Source of the DNA: Megasphaera elsdenii DSM 20460
GTDB taxonomy: Bacteria; Bacillota; Negativicutes; Veillonellales; Megasphaeraceae
Assembly (NCBI RefSeq): GCF_003010495.1
Contig: NZ_CP027570.1
Coordinates: 1,800,001 to 1,832,000, forward strand
DNA: 32,000 nt
Reading direction: 5' to 3'
This document shows, piece by piece, positions 7,989 through 17,290 of the stretch. Position numbers and translations under genes: made by a program. Numbering within the stretch: position 1 is the first letter of the stretch; the number at the start of each line of letters is the position of its first letter. Below the pieces are notes generated by a model that did no database searches, was not told the origin of the DNA, and saw nothing but the letters and a program-made list of their open reading frames with translations.

Positions 7989-9551
7989 CTATTCAAACTG
8001 ATTGACTAATTCTATGAGTTTTTCTTTATGCTGCGGATACCATTCGTCGTAGGACTGGTTGGCATCGAGGAGTGCCTGGTTGAGGGCCAGGAAGAAGTTC
8101 GGCAGGTGTTCGATGGTGATGACGCCGATCTGTTCGCCCATGACGCCTTTGCCGATGGCGTAGTTGCCGCCGGCGTATATGTTGAAGGCCGGTTCCATTT
8201 TGTCGCCGACTTTCTTGCTGGCACCGCGCAGGCCCAGGGGAGCCAGCTGCTGGACCGTGCAGTTCGACGGACAGCCCGAGAAATGGCATTTCGGCAGGAA
8301 GTGGCTGTCGATGCCGCGGTCTTTGAACATCTTGGCCAGTTTGACGAAGGTGCCGTGAGAATCGCGCAGGCCCTGCTGGCAGACCGTCGCGCCGATGCAG
8401 CTGACGGAATGTTCAAAAGTCGTCGTCGCCGTGTCGTCGGCCGTAAGGGCTGCGATTTTGCGGGCTTCGTCGGCTGTGAGGTTGATGATATAAGCCGTTT
8501 CGTCGGCGTTGAGACGGATTTCAGCGCCTTCCATGGTCTGGAGCGTCTTCAGCAGTTCATGGAAGACAGCTACTTCCGGCGTGCCGCCCAAAGGCTTGTA
8601 TTCGACGTAATAAAGACCTTCCTGTTTCTGTTTGCCAATGCGGCCATTTTCGAGGATGCTGTCGTCGGCACCGCTCTTGGCCAGGGGCGTTTCTTCTTCA
8701 ATGGTCAGGCGGTAATCGTCTTCAGCCTTGGCTTTCGTTACGGCATCGCGGACGGCCTGACGGAACGCATCGTCGCCGAGCTTATTGAGGATGAAGCGCG
8801 AACGGTTCTGGCCGCGGTGTTCATAGTCGCCGTATTTCATGTAGACGTCCCGGCCATAGCCCAGGATGTAGTAGGAAATATCCAACGGAGCGACGCCTTC
8901 GTCGATGAGGATGCCGAAGCGCGAGCCGTTGAGGCCGAAACCGCCGCCGGCATAGACATCAAAGGTGTGGTCCGGACGGGCCACGAAGCCCAGGTCCTTG
9001 AAGGTAGCGTGGCCTTCGTTGTCGAGACCGCTGGAGAAACTGATCTTATATTTTCGCGGCAAGTTGAACTTGGGAATACAGTTGATGACGAAATTAGCTG
9101 CTGCCTTGATGTACGGCGTCATGTCGAAGTATTCGCCCGGAGCGACGCCGTGGAGCGGACTGGCCGTGATGTTACGCGGGTTGTCGCTGCCTGCGCCGAC
9201 GCAGTAAATGCCGTGGTCGAAACATTCCTGATAGAGGTCGAGGACTTCTTTTTCGTTCAGGTGGTGGAGCTGCAGGGCTTCACCCGTCGTGAAGTGGATG
9301 AGGTCGATGTCATAGCGGTCGAGGACATCCTTCAAAAAGGCGATGTGTGCCGGTTCGATGGCACCACCAGAAAAACGCAGGCGCAGCATGTTGCTATGGG
9401 CCCCCCGTTCGCCATAGCTGCCGAACTTGCCCGACGTGCCCTTATATTTGGCCGGCGGCAATTCCTTGGCATAAAAAGCCCGCGTCGCTTCGGCGAACTG
9501 CGGGAAACGGCTGCGTATTTCTTCTTTTGTTTCCTTCGTGATCTGAGTCAT
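7989..9551 (-). CDS. Nitrite/sulfite reductase family hemoprotein (siroheme/[4Fe-4S]-type)
   Basis: Two NIR_SIR-like halves: LRLRFSGGAI...HFTTGEALQLH...GSDNPRNITASPL. Cys cluster motifs SCIGATVCQQG and FSGCPSNC. Confidence 0.75.
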   Translation of the reverse strand: MTQITKETKEEIRSRFPQFAEATRAFYAKELPPAKYKGTSGKFGSYGERGAHSNMLRLRFSGGAIEPAHIAFLKDVLDRYDIDLIHFTTGEALQLHHLNEKEVLDLYQECFDHGIYCVGAGSDNPRNITASPLHGVAPGEYFDMTPYIKAAANFVINCIPKFNLPRKYKISFSSGLDNEGHATFKDLGFVARPDHTFDVYAGGGFGLNGSRFGILIDEGVAPLDISYYILGYGRDVYMKYGDYEHRGQNRSRFILNKLGDDAFRQAVRDAVTKAKAEDDYRLTIEEETPLAKSGADDSILENGRIGKQKQEGLYYVEYKPLGGTPEVAVFHELLKTLQTMEGAEIRLNADETAYIINLTADEARKIAALTADDTATTTFEHSVSCIGATVCQQGLRDSHGTFVKLAKMFKDRGIDSHFLPKCHFSGCPSNCTVQQLAPLGLRGASKKVGDKMEPAFNIYAGGNYAIGKGVMGEQIGVITIEHLPNFFLALNQALLDANQSYDEWYPQHKEKLIELVNQFE

Positions 9552-9737
9552 TTCATAAACACCCCTTAATTAATTCTAGTTCTTAAAACTATACTAGATT
9601 TGTGTCTTATTATAACAGACTTTTTTAAAGAGGGCAAAAAGATTCGCCAGAAATTTGCCTTTTGTTGTATTTTTGTTTAATAATATAGTGTAAAATATAA
9701 CAAACTTAGAAAGATTAGGAAAGATTAGGTGAGTGTT

Positions 9738-11219
9738 ATGAAACTCCGGGACTGGCCGCTGCGCAAGCGCCTCCTTTTTTCCAACTTCATCATGATTTTC
9801 ATTCCTGTCCTGTTTACGGCTGTCGTCAGTATGGCCATCTTTTTGGCCCTGCAATTCGGCAATATCAATCGAGCCAATATCATTTCCTTCATCTGGCCAG
9901 AGAGCGGGCAGAACATGTCCATCCAATTCGAGCTGAGCCGCCTCCGCGTCCGGGCCGACCAGTATCATGGCGACATGGGCCGTCTCCTCCAGGCTGCGGA
10001 CCATTTGGAAGACCAAGGCCTCAATGTGTCTATTTGGCGCGATAAGGAAGACCTTTACGATACGGCTGGCATCGACAAGGTGTACCTGCGCCAACAAGTC
10101 ATGGCCGGCCATCGCCAGGGTCATGCGGACTTCAACTGGACTGGCGAAGGCCTGCGCTTTTACTATATTTCTCCTCATACGGACATCCATTTGGCCGTTG
10201 CCGGCGCCGTACCGAGTTATCCTGAAAACGAGTACATCGACTTGTCGTCGAAGGATATTTTGAAAATCGCCTTTTATGTCCTGACTATCCTGACTATCTT
10301 GCTGACCATCCTCGTCGGTCTGAAGCTGTCGCGATGGATGGCAGGTCAGATTGTCGATCCTGTCGAAAGGCTGCGCAATATGGCCGATGCCATCAGCCAG
10401 GGCGATTTGGATCATCCCGTCCCAATCTTATCGCACGACGAAATCGGCGATACGTGCCAGGCTTTTGAAAAGATGCGCCTCCAGCTGCGGGCAGCGCGGG
10501 ATACGCGGAAGAAATACGACCAGAACCGCAAAGAACTCCTGGCCGGTATTTCCCATGATTTATCGACGCCTTTGACAAAAATCGAAGGCTATGCCAGCGG
10601 CATCCTCGACGGTATCGCCAATACGCCAGAAAAAGAACGCCATTACCTGGACATGATTGTCGATACGTCGCACCACATGGCCAGCCTGGTCCGTACACTC
10701 TTCCTCTTTTCCAAACTTGACCTGGGGCAGGTCCCTTTCCATTGGGAAAATGTTGACATCGCTGCATATTTAACGGATTATATCAGTGAACAAGCTGACC
10801 ATTTCCATCAGCAAGGGCTGGATGTGACTTTCCAGTCCTCCCTGACAAAGGCCGTTATTTCCATAGACCGCCAACAATTCCAGCGGGTCATAGAAAACAT
10901 CCTGGGCAACAGCTTGAAGTACAAAGACCAGGCCGTCGGCCATATGGCGATTACCTTGACTGAGAGCGGGGAAGGGGAGTACCTGCTTTCTTTTGCCGAT
11001 GACGGCTGCGGCGTCGCAGAGAAGGAATTGCCGAAACTCTTTGAAAGTTTCTACCGCACTGACAAGGCTCGGACCAATGTTGCCAAGGGAAGCGGCTTGG
11101 GATTGGCTGTGGTCCAGCAGATTATTCAAGCCATGAAAGGGAAAATCTGGGCCCAGGCGACAGTGCCTAAAGGCCTGACTATTTGCATTTCTTTACCGAA
11201 AGGGGAATCACATAGATGA
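9738..11219 (+). CDS. Sensor histidine kinase (two TM segments, HAMP, HisKA, HATPase_c)
   Basis: H-box ISHDLSTPLTKIEGY, N-box NILGNSLKY, G-boxes DDGCGV and GSGLGLAVV, with an HAMP-like segment after TM2. ATG 9738 follows AGGTGA. Confidence 0.92.
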   Translation: MKLRDWPLRKRLLFSNFIMIFIPVLFTAVVSMAIFLALQFGNINRANIISFIWPESGQNMSIQFELSRLRVRADQYHGDMGRLLQAADHLEDQGLNVSIWRDKEDLYDTAGIDKVYLRQQVMAGHRQGHADFNWTGEGLRFYYISPHTDIHLAVAGAVPSYPENEYIDLSSKDILKIAFYVLTILTILLTILVGLKLSRWMAGQIVDPVERLRNMADAISQGDLDHPVPILSHDEIGDTCQAFEKMRLQLRAARDTRKKYDQNRKELLAGISHDLSTPLTKIEGYASGILDGIANTPEKERHYLDMIVDTSHHMASLVRTLFLFSKLDLGQVPFHWENVDIAAYLTDYISEQADHFHQQGLDVTFQSSLTKAVISIDRQQFQRVIENILGNSLKYKDQAVGHMAITLTESGEGEYLLSFADDGCGVAEKELPKLFESFYRTDKARTNVAKGSGLGLAVVQQIIQAMKGKIWAQATVPKGLTICISLPKGESHR

Positions 11220-11902
11220 AACGTATCTTGATTATTGAAGACGATCAGGGCATTGCCGAATTGGAACGGGACTACTTAGAAGCCAATGGCTTCAGTACCG
11301 ATATCGCCGCTGATGGCAAAACAGGCGAAGCGAAAGCCTTGGGAGAGGCTTACGACCTCATCTTGCTGGATATCATGCTGCCTGGCCGGGATGGCTTCCA
11401 GATTTGCCGTACCATCCGTGCGACGAAGGATATCCCTATCCTCATCGTATCGGCCCGGCAGGAAGATATCGATAAAATCCGCGGTCTCGGCCTCGGCGCC
11501 GATGACTACATCGTCAAGCCTTTCAGCCCGAATGAACTCGTAGCCCGGGTGAAAGGCCATCTGGCTCGGTATGAACAGCTCACATCCCGTGAAACCCATC
11601 GTGACGTCCTGCGCTATGGGGATTTGGAAATCGACGAAAGCGGTCACCGCGTCTTTGTCAAGGGGAAGGAAGTGGCCTTGCCTAATAAGGAATTCGAACT
11701 TCTCTTGTTCTTCGCCAAGAATCCGGACATCGTCTTCAGCAAGGAAACCCTCTTCGATCGCGTCTGGGGCAGCGAGGCCCTGGGGGAAACGGCCACCGTG
11801 TCGGTCCATGTCAACCGCATCCGTGAAAAAATCGAAGAAGATACGGCCAACCCCCGCTATATTGAAACGGTATGGGGCGCAGGCTACCGCTTCCGAAGCT
11901 GA
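11216..11902 (+). CDS. OmpR/PhoB-family response regulator
   Basis: Receiver domain (ILIIEDD..., DLILLDIMLPGRDG, KPF) plus a winged-helix C-terminus (ETVWGAGYRF). The ATG overlaps the kinase stop (ATGA). Confidence 0.93.
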   Translation: MKRILIIEDDQGIAELERDYLEANGFSTDIAADGKTGEAKALGEAYDLILLDIMLPGRDGFQICRTIRATKDIPILIVSARQEDIDKIRGLGLGADDYIVKPFSPNELVARVKGHLARYEQLTSRETHRDVLRYGDLEIDESGHRVFVKGKEVALPNKEFELLLFFAKNPDIVFSKETLFDRVWGSEALGETATVSVHVNRIREKIEEDTANPRYIETVWGAGYRFRS

Positions 11903-11928
11903 GTTGACGGATTTTTTTTAGTCCTTTC

Positions 11929-11979
11929 TCGCTTTATTGTCGCTCTGTTTATCTTTTATTTAACTTCCCTTCCTATACT
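11929..11979 (+). promoter_or_regulatory. Candidate response-regulator box (11-bp-phased direct repeat) plus -10 element upstream of the GT39 gene
   Basis: TCGCTTTATTG (11929-11939) and TCGCTCTGTTT (11940-11950) are tandem 11-mers. TATACT lies at 11974-11979 and there is no good -35. This geometry is typical of OmpR/PhoB-activated promoters. Confidence 0.3.
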
Positions 11980-12022
11980 GATACCAACAAAATGGTCATG
12001 AATAGAAAGGGGAGTTTTTGTT

Positions 12023-13561
12023 ATGTATGAATTTCATGCGAAAAAGGAAGACATGGCCCTGTCGGTATGGCAGCGTTTGTGGCAGAAAATCCTGGCTTCA
12101 CCAGCCGTCATCCTCCTGGTCCTGGCAGGGGTTCTCTGCTTTGCGGCAAATCACCTGCTGGTCGTCACGGACCCTGTGGAATCGAATTATGCCCTGACGG
12201 CCAAGGAAATGCTCCTTTCTGGCGACTACTTCTCGCCGCGCATCTTTGGTAATTACTGGTACGATAAACCAATTTTCTTCTATTGGGAAATCATTGCTGC
12301 TTTCAAACTCTTCGGCATCAGCGATTTCTCAGCCCGCTTTTTTCCGGCCCTGTTCGGTATGGCCGGTATCGTTTTGGCTTATGGCTTTACGGCTCGTCTG
12401 TATGATAAGAAGACGGGATTCCTGACGGGCCTCATCTTGCTGACGACAGTGGAATATTTTTACTTGTCCAAGGCCATCATTACCGATATGACGCTCTTCG
12501 TCTTTTATTCGGCCTGCCTCATGGCTTTTTACATTGCCTACAGCGAAGGGAAGCCACGCTGGTACTACCTGGCCTATTTCTTTGCCGGCCTGGCTGTCTT
12601 GACCAAAGGACCTATCGGCCTTTTCCAGCCGGGGCTCATCATCCTGCTCTTCCTCGTATGGCGCCGGGACCTCAAGGCGCTGCGGCATATCAAGCTCGTT
12701 TCCGGCCTGACCCTGTTCCTGGCGACGACCCTGGTCTGGTACGGACCGATGTACGCCCTCCACGGCAGTGATTTCATCAGTCAGTTCATCGGCGTCCATA
12801 ATATCCTGCGGGCTACCGTCTCGGAACATCCCCAATATAATGTCTGGTATTATTACAGTGCCGTCTTCCTGGCAGGCTTCGTGCCCTGGGTCTTCACGCT
12901 GCCCCTGGCTTGGCGTGACTATGGCCTGTCCCGGAAAGTCGCAGCGGCCTGGCGGGCAAAGCGGCTGCACCTGCCTGTTTTATCTATGAAGACGCAGTTC
13001 CTCATCGTCTGGGCAGCTACGATCTTTGTGACTTATCAGCTCATGGCGACGAAATACATGACCTATACCTTTCCCTATATGATTCCTTTGGCTATTGGTT
13101 TTGCGTCGTATCTGAAGAAATATGACCGACTGGTCCTCAACCTGGCCGGCATCGTCATCGCCATCTATGTGGCTGTGACCTTTACCGTCATCGTTCCCCA
13201 GTGCCGACAGGCCTCGGCGTATGGCGCCGCCCAGGTCGTCAGCAGCCTGGCCGATGACGAAACGACGGTCGTCACCTATGGTGGCCGCTATCCCGTATCC
13301 TTGACATACTATTCCGGCCATACGGCGTACCGCCTGGCGGAACGGGACAACATCGCCAGGATGCTGCCCGGCGGCATCAGCTGGAACGCCAAGAACGTCA
13401 TGCCCTTCATGGCCATCGAAGACCTGCCGGACCAGGGCAAAGTCCTAGCCGTCGTCCGCGACCGCGATGAAGCCCGTTTCCTGCAGGACGTCTCAGGGAC
13501 ATGGCAGTGGCGCGCTCAGAAGGGCGTCTGGGTCATTTACCAAAAAGCATCGGATTTGTAA
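12023..13561 (+). CDS. ArnT-like / PMT-family (GT39/GT83) integral-membrane glycosyltransferase
   Basis: Polytopic protein of ~510 aa with an N-terminal loop signature ESNYALTAKEMLLSGDYFSPRIFGNYWYDKPIFFYW, as in the undecaprenyl-phosphate-sugar dependent ArnT/PMT superfamily. Confidence 0.8.
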   Translation: MYEFHAKKEDMALSVWQRLWQKILASPAVILLVLAGVLCFAANHLLVVTDPVESNYALTAKEMLLSGDYFSPRIFGNYWYDKPIFFYWEIIAAFKLFGISDFSARFFPALFGMAGIVLAYGFTARLYDKKTGFLTGLILLTTVEYFYLSKAIITDMTLFVFYSACLMAFYIAYSEGKPRWYYLAYFFAGLAVLTKGPIGLFQPGLIILLFLVWRRDLKALRHIKLVSGLTLFLATTLVWYGPMYALHGSDFISQFIGVHNILRATVSEHPQYNVWYYYSAVFLAGFVPWVFTLPLAWRDYGLSRKVAAAWRAKRLHLPVLSMKTQFLIVWAATIFVTYQLMATKYMTYTFPYMIPLAIGFASYLKKYDRLVLNLAGIVIAIYVAVTFTVIVPQCRQASAYGAAQVVSSLADDETTVVTYGGRYPVSLTYYSGHTAYRLAERDNIARMLPGGISWNAKNVMPFMAIEDLPDQGKVLAVVRDRDEARFLQDVSGTWQWRAQKGVWVIYQKASDL

Positions 13562-13642
13562 GGCTCCTGGAAAGGCCTTGTGACTGAATTGTAACAGCCC
13601 GTGCGTATACTATAGTCAACCTTGAAAGGGAGAGTGATAACG

Positions 13643-13960
13643 ATGAAGAAATTCAACTATATAGTACGCATGATGCTGGTTCTGGTCGTCACCTTCATGA
13701 CCTTCAGCGGCGCCGCCCTGACGGCACAGGCTGCCGAACCGCATAGCCATTCCCACCGCTGGGAACAGCGCGATGACCGCGACTACCGCCATCACGACGG
13801 CGATTGGGAAAAGAACCGGAAACATTGGGAAAAAGACAGGAAACAATGGGAAAAGGACCACAAATCAGAATCTCAGAAAAAAGTCGATAAAGCCAACCGT
13901 AAGGCCAACATCGCCATCGGCGTAGCCGCCGTAGCCACCATCATCGCCCTGGCGAAGTGA
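13643..13960 (+). CDS. Small exported His/Trp/charge-rich protein with C-terminal hydrophobic anchor
   Basis: ATG 13643 follows GGGAGAG. Signal peptide MKKFNYIVRMMLVLVVTFMTFSGAALTAQA|AE. The mature part is EPHSHSHRWEQRDDRDYRHHDGDWEKNRKHWEKDRKQWEKDHK..., ending in IAIGVAAVATIIALAK. It is followed by a strong terminator. Confidence 0.6.
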   Translation: MKKFNYIVRMMLVLVVTFMTFSGAALTAQAAEPHSHSHRWEQRDDRDYRHHDGDWEKNRKHWEKDRKQWEKDHKSESQKKVDKANRKANIAIGVAAVATIIALAK

Positions 13961-14047
13961 GTGGGGATAGTGGCTAGTAGTTAGTGGCTCGTGGCTCGTG
14001 CTTCGTAGGGGCGTCCCAAAGGGCGGCCCGCTTAATTCCTTGCATAC
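13961..14047. repeat. Mosaic intergenic repeat cluster R3
   Basis: Seven heptamers GTGGGGA-TAGTGGC-TAGTAGT-TAGTGGC-TCGTGGC-TCGTGCT-TCGTAGG (13961-14009) run into a GTAG-headed palindrome, GTAGGGGCGTCCC-aaa-GGGCGGCCC (14005-14030). Confidence 0.88.
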
Positions 14048-14082
14048 AAAAAGGGGCTGTCGCACATGCGACAGCCCCTTTT
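14048..14082 (+). terminator. Rho-independent terminator (conserved hairpin family)
   Basis: AAAAA-GGGGCTGTCGCA-ca-TGCGACAGCCCC-TTTT (stem at 14053-14078). Confidence 0.9.
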
Positions 14083-14147
14083 AATTCTCGTCCCGTCTGT
14101 TATAATAGGGGGTGCAATTAGATTCTGTCATAAAGGAAGTGTATGTC

Positions 14148-14837
14148 ATGAAATTAACGGACCGCCTGGCTGCGGCTGTGTCTCTCATTCCGCAGGGAGC
14201 CGTCATTGCCGATATCGGGACCGACCACGCGTATATCCCCGTCTCCGTTTGTCAAAGCGGACACTGCCCATCGGCCATTGCTGCCGATATCGTTCCCGGC
14301 CCGCTGGCCGCGGCTGTAGCTCATGTCCGCGGTGCCGGTTTGACCGACCGTATCGACTGCCGCCTTGGCGATGGCCTGACCTGCATCCAGGCAGGGGAAG
14401 TCGATGGCGCCGTCATCTGTGGCATGGGCGGCCCGCTGATGGTCAAAATCCTGCAAAACTCGTATGAGGTCTGGCAATCTCTGCACTTTGCCGTCCTCCA
14501 GCCCCAAAGCGAGGCCGGCATTTTGCGCCGCTATCTTTACCAGCACGGCTGGCACATCGAAGACGAACGGCTGGTTATCGACGACGGCCGCTTCTATGAA
14601 ATGATGCGGGCTGTACCGGGTCAGGCCGACGCCTTGCCAGACTGGCTCTATGATATCGGCCCCGTGAACTGGCAGCGCCGCGACCCCTTGCTGGGCCGTA
14701 AGATTGATATTCTCATGGAGACAAAAGGGCATATCCTGGAAGGCCTGAGAAAGAGCCGCAAAGATGTGCACGAACGAATTGAAAAAATAGAAAGCGAATT
14801 ACGCTTCTGGAGGGAATTGAAATGTCAACTACCGTAG
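14148..14837 (+). CDS. trmK: tRNA (adenine22-N1)-methyltransferase TrmK (YqfN-like)
   Basis: N-terminal LTDRLAAAVSLIPQGAVIADIGTDHAYIP, and the conserved pairing with the downstream NIF3/yqfO gene. I prefer ATG 14148 (AAAGGAAG upstream). Confidence 0.85.
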   Translation: MKLTDRLAAAVSLIPQGAVIADIGTDHAYIPVSVCQSGHCPSAIAADIVPGPLAAAVAHVRGAGLTDRIDCRLGDGLTCIQAGEVDGAVICGMGGPLMVKILQNSYEVWQSLHFAVLQPQSEAGILRRYLYQHGWHIEDERLVIDDGRFYEMMRAVPGQADALPDWLYDIGPVNWQRRDPLLGRKIDILMETKGHILEGLRKSRKDVHERIEKIESELRFWRELKCQLP

Positions 14838-15940
14838 GTGAAATCGTTAACGTCTTGAAAGGATGGGCGCCCTTATCGCTCAAAGAATCGTGGGATAACC
14901 CGGGCCTGCTCATCGGCAGTCCCGATGAAAAGGTCGATAAGCTCATGGTCACGCTGGACGTCATGATGGGAGCCGTCGACTATGCCATCGAACACGGCAT
15001 CCAGATGATCGTCAGCCATCATCCCGTCATCTTTGACGGCTTGAAGTCCCTGCGTACCGATACGTACAGCGGCCGCCTGTATCAGAAGCTCCTGGCCCAT
15101 CATATTTCCGTCTATAGCGCCCATACCAACCTGGACAGTGCCGACGGCGGCGTCAACGACGTCCTGGCCCGTCTCCTGGGCTTGACTGATTTGCAAGGCC
15201 TCGTTCCCGTTGCCGAAGATAAGCTCTATAAGATTGCCGTCTACGTTCCCGAAAGCCACGGCGATGCTGTCCGCCAGGCCTTGGCTGACGCCGGTGCTGG
15301 TTATATCGGCAACTACAGTGACTGCTCTTTCACGGCCAAAGGCGAAGGTCGTTTCAAAGCCCATGAAGGGACGCATCCCTTTATCGGTGAAATCGGCAAA
15401 GTCGAAAGGGCGGCAGAAGAACGGATTGAAACCATCGTTCCCGAAAGCAAACTCCATCAGACCGTACAGGCCATGGTGGCCGCTCATCCCTATGAAGAAC
15501 CGGCATACGACATCTATCCATTGAAAAATGCCGGCCATCCCTTCATGATGGGCCGCGTCGGGACCTGGCCGACGCCGGAACCGGCAAGGGACGTCTTGAA
15601 GAAAATCAAGACCCTCCTCCATCGCGATGCCTTATCCTATGCCGGCGACCCTGACGTCACCGTTCACCGCGTCGCTCTCCTCGGAGGCGGTGGAGCCGGC
15701 TTCATTAAACTGGCCAAAGAGGCCGGCGCCCAGCTCTACCTTACAGGCGACGTCAAATACCATGACGCCCAGGAAGCCATCCGCCAAGGCATCGTCGTCG
15801 CCGACGGCGGCCACTTCGGCACCGAATTTCCCGTCGTAGCCGACCTCTGCCAGCGCCTGGAAGAAGCCGCAGCTAAAAACCAGTGGAACATCACCTGCGA
15901 AACCGACCCGACCAGTAAAGACATGCTGCAGTATATGTAA
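14822..15940 (+). CDS. Nif3-like dinuclear metal centre protein (YqfO / GTP cyclohydrolase 1 type 2 homologue)
   Basis: NIF3 signatures (WDNPGLLIG, VSHHPVIF, YSAHTNLD, GGHFGTE) with an inserted PII-like domain, 372 aa. It overlaps trmK by 16 nt. Confidence 0.9.
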   Translation: MSTTVGEIVNVLKGWAPLSLKESWDNPGLLIGSPDEKVDKLMVTLDVMMGAVDYAIEHGIQMIVSHHPVIFDGLKSLRTDTYSGRLYQKLLAHHISVYSAHTNLDSADGGVNDVLARLLGLTDLQGLVPVAEDKLYKIAVYVPESHGDAVRQALADAGAGYIGNYSDCSFTAKGEGRFKAHEGTHPFIGEIGKVERAAEERIETIVPESKLHQTVQAMVAAHPYEEPAYDIYPLKNAGHPFMMGRVGTWPTPEPARDVLKKIKTLLHRDALSYAGDPDVTVHRVALLGGGGAGFIKLAKEAGAQLYLTGDVKYHDAQEAIRQGIVVADGGHFGTEFPVVADLCQRLEEAAAKNQWNITCETDPTSKDMLQYM

Positions 15941-15943
15941 GGT

Positions 15944-16129
15944 GCCTTGCGGCGCGCCGTCCGCAATGGCTCCCCTGATAGGGGAGCTGTCAGCAAAGCT
16001 GACTGAGAGGTTGATTTCCTGGCAGATAGTGCCGCTGTGAAGTTTAAACACAGCCCATTCTTATCCAATGGCGGGATTTTACGAGCCACGAACCACGAGC
16101 CACAGCCTTTTTCACGGCCATCAGGCCCC
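15944..16129. repeat. Mosaic intergenic repeat cluster R4
   Basis: CCGTCCGCAATGG, then the double-hairpin module (CTCCCC-tgata-GGGGAG 15970-15986, GTCAGC-aaa-GCTGAC 15989-16003, TGAGAGGTTGATTTCCTG). Next CTGTGAAGTTTAAACACAGCCCATTC, a heptamer array ACGAGCC-ACGAACC-ACGAGCC (16081-16106), and the boundary hairpin GGCCATCAGGCCCC (16116-16129). Confidence 0.9.
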
Positions 16130-16157
16130 ACATCTCCCATAGAAAGGAAAATCTATC

Positions 16158-16805
16158 ATGACTAAAGAAGAACATGTAAAACATTTATTAGAAGATCCGG
16201 TATATGCCATCATGGGCAATGAAGAGCTTTGCCTGGGCCGGAGCAATATGGACGTCGCCAAAGAACTGATTGCTGCCGGCGTCACCATTATCCAGTACCG
16301 GGAAAAACATAAGAAATGGCGCGCCAAGTACGAAGAAACCAAGGCCATTGCCCAGCTCTGCCACGACCACAACGTGACTTTCATCATGAACGATTCGACG
16401 GACCTGGCCATTGCCTGCGGTGCCGATGGCATCCATGTCGGACAGGACGATGCCCCGGCTCAGATTGTCCGCCAACTCGCCGGCCCGGACGTCTTCATCG
16501 GCGTATCGACCAATACCATCGACGAAATGAAACAGGCCCTGGCTGACGGCGCCGATTACGTCGGTTTCGGCCCTATGTTCCCGACGCAGTCCAAAAAAGA
16601 CGCCGACGAAGTCGTCACGCCGGAAGCCAAAGCCTATGCACTGCACTATGAACTGCCCGTCGTCACCATCGGCGGCGTCAGCCTGGAAAACATCCGCAGC
16701 CTCTACGACGAAGGCTTCCGCTCCTTCGCCATGATTTCCGCTATCGTAGGCCAGAAGGATATCAAAGGCGCCGTAGAAAAAATCCGCCAGACATTGGGGT
16801 GTTAG
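16158..16805 (+). CDS. thiE: Thiamine-phosphate synthase
   Basis: ThiE pattern: IIQYREK, FIMNDSTDLAIACGADGIHVGQDD, GADYVGFGPMFPTQSKKD, PVVTIGGV. Confidence 0.88.
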   Translation: MTKEEHVKHLLEDPVYAIMGNEELCLGRSNMDVAKELIAAGVTIIQYREKHKKWRAKYEETKAIAQLCHDHNVTFIMNDSTDLAIACGADGIHVGQDDAPAQIVRQLAGPDVFIGVSTNTIDEMKQALADGADYVGFGPMFPTQSKKDADEVVTPEAKAYALHYELPVVTIGGVSLENIRSLYDEGFRSFAMISAIVGQKDIKGAVEKIRQTLGC

Positions 16806-17290
16806 CTATAAAGCGAATATAGCGAATATAGCGCAGATGGCAGGCCGCCGTCCGCAATGGCCCTGATAGGGGAGCTGTCAGCAAAGCTGACTGAGAGGTT
16901 GATTTCCTGTCAAATAGTATCGCCGTCCGCTCGGACTCAGATGCGGCGTTCCGCCGCGACAGACTCATGATTGTATTACGACCGTGTGTTACCTGTCATA
17001 AATTCCGGCTGTGCTCAAGATTCACGCGGCCTTTTTGGCCCGTCAGGTGCCGACCAGCGGAAGGCGCAGGACGGCTGCCAAAACGGACAGCTGTGGCTGG
17101 GCAGCCCGTTATGAGATTTGGCCATACCTATTCTTGTATGATGGTAGGTTTTTACGAGCCACGAACCACGAGCCACTATTTTTTACGAGCCGAGGGGTTC
17201 CCGCGGCGATGTCGTCAATTTGAGCTTGTCGCCGCGTAGCGGCAGCTGAGTTCGAGGCGAGCGGTCTGCGGCCGTCAGGCCCTTGACTCT
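16806..17290. repeat. Mosaic intergenic repeat cluster R5, containing a ~330-bp unit bounded by inverted repeats
   Basis: 9-mer tandem AGCGAATAT x2.5, then the double-hairpin module (16861-16915). The left arm TCGGACTCAGATGCGGCGTTCCGCCGCGACAGACTCA (16931-16968) is followed by the ~140-bp module also found at 20339-20470 and a heptamer array (17154-17176). The inverted right arm lies at 17187-17257 and the boundary hairpin GGCCGTCAGGCCC at 17270-17282. Confidence 0.9.

Noticed and set aside
9552-9737. Regulatory elements in the AT-rich divergent region between the reductase and kinase genes.
   Set aside because: Several -10-like hexamers are present (TAAAAT, TATAAC), but I could not define a unique promoter or operator by eye and there is no repeat or palindrome of note.
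15970-16157. Possible TPP (THI-box) riboswitch upstream of thiE, suggested by the CTGAGA in ...GCTGACTGAGAGGTTG....
   Set aside because: The CTGAGA belongs to the double-hairpin repeat module, which also occurs downstream of recO, thiE and the lysC operon. The rest of the THI-box (the ACCTGATCTGGATAATGCCAGCG-like pyrimidine-sensor helix) is absent.
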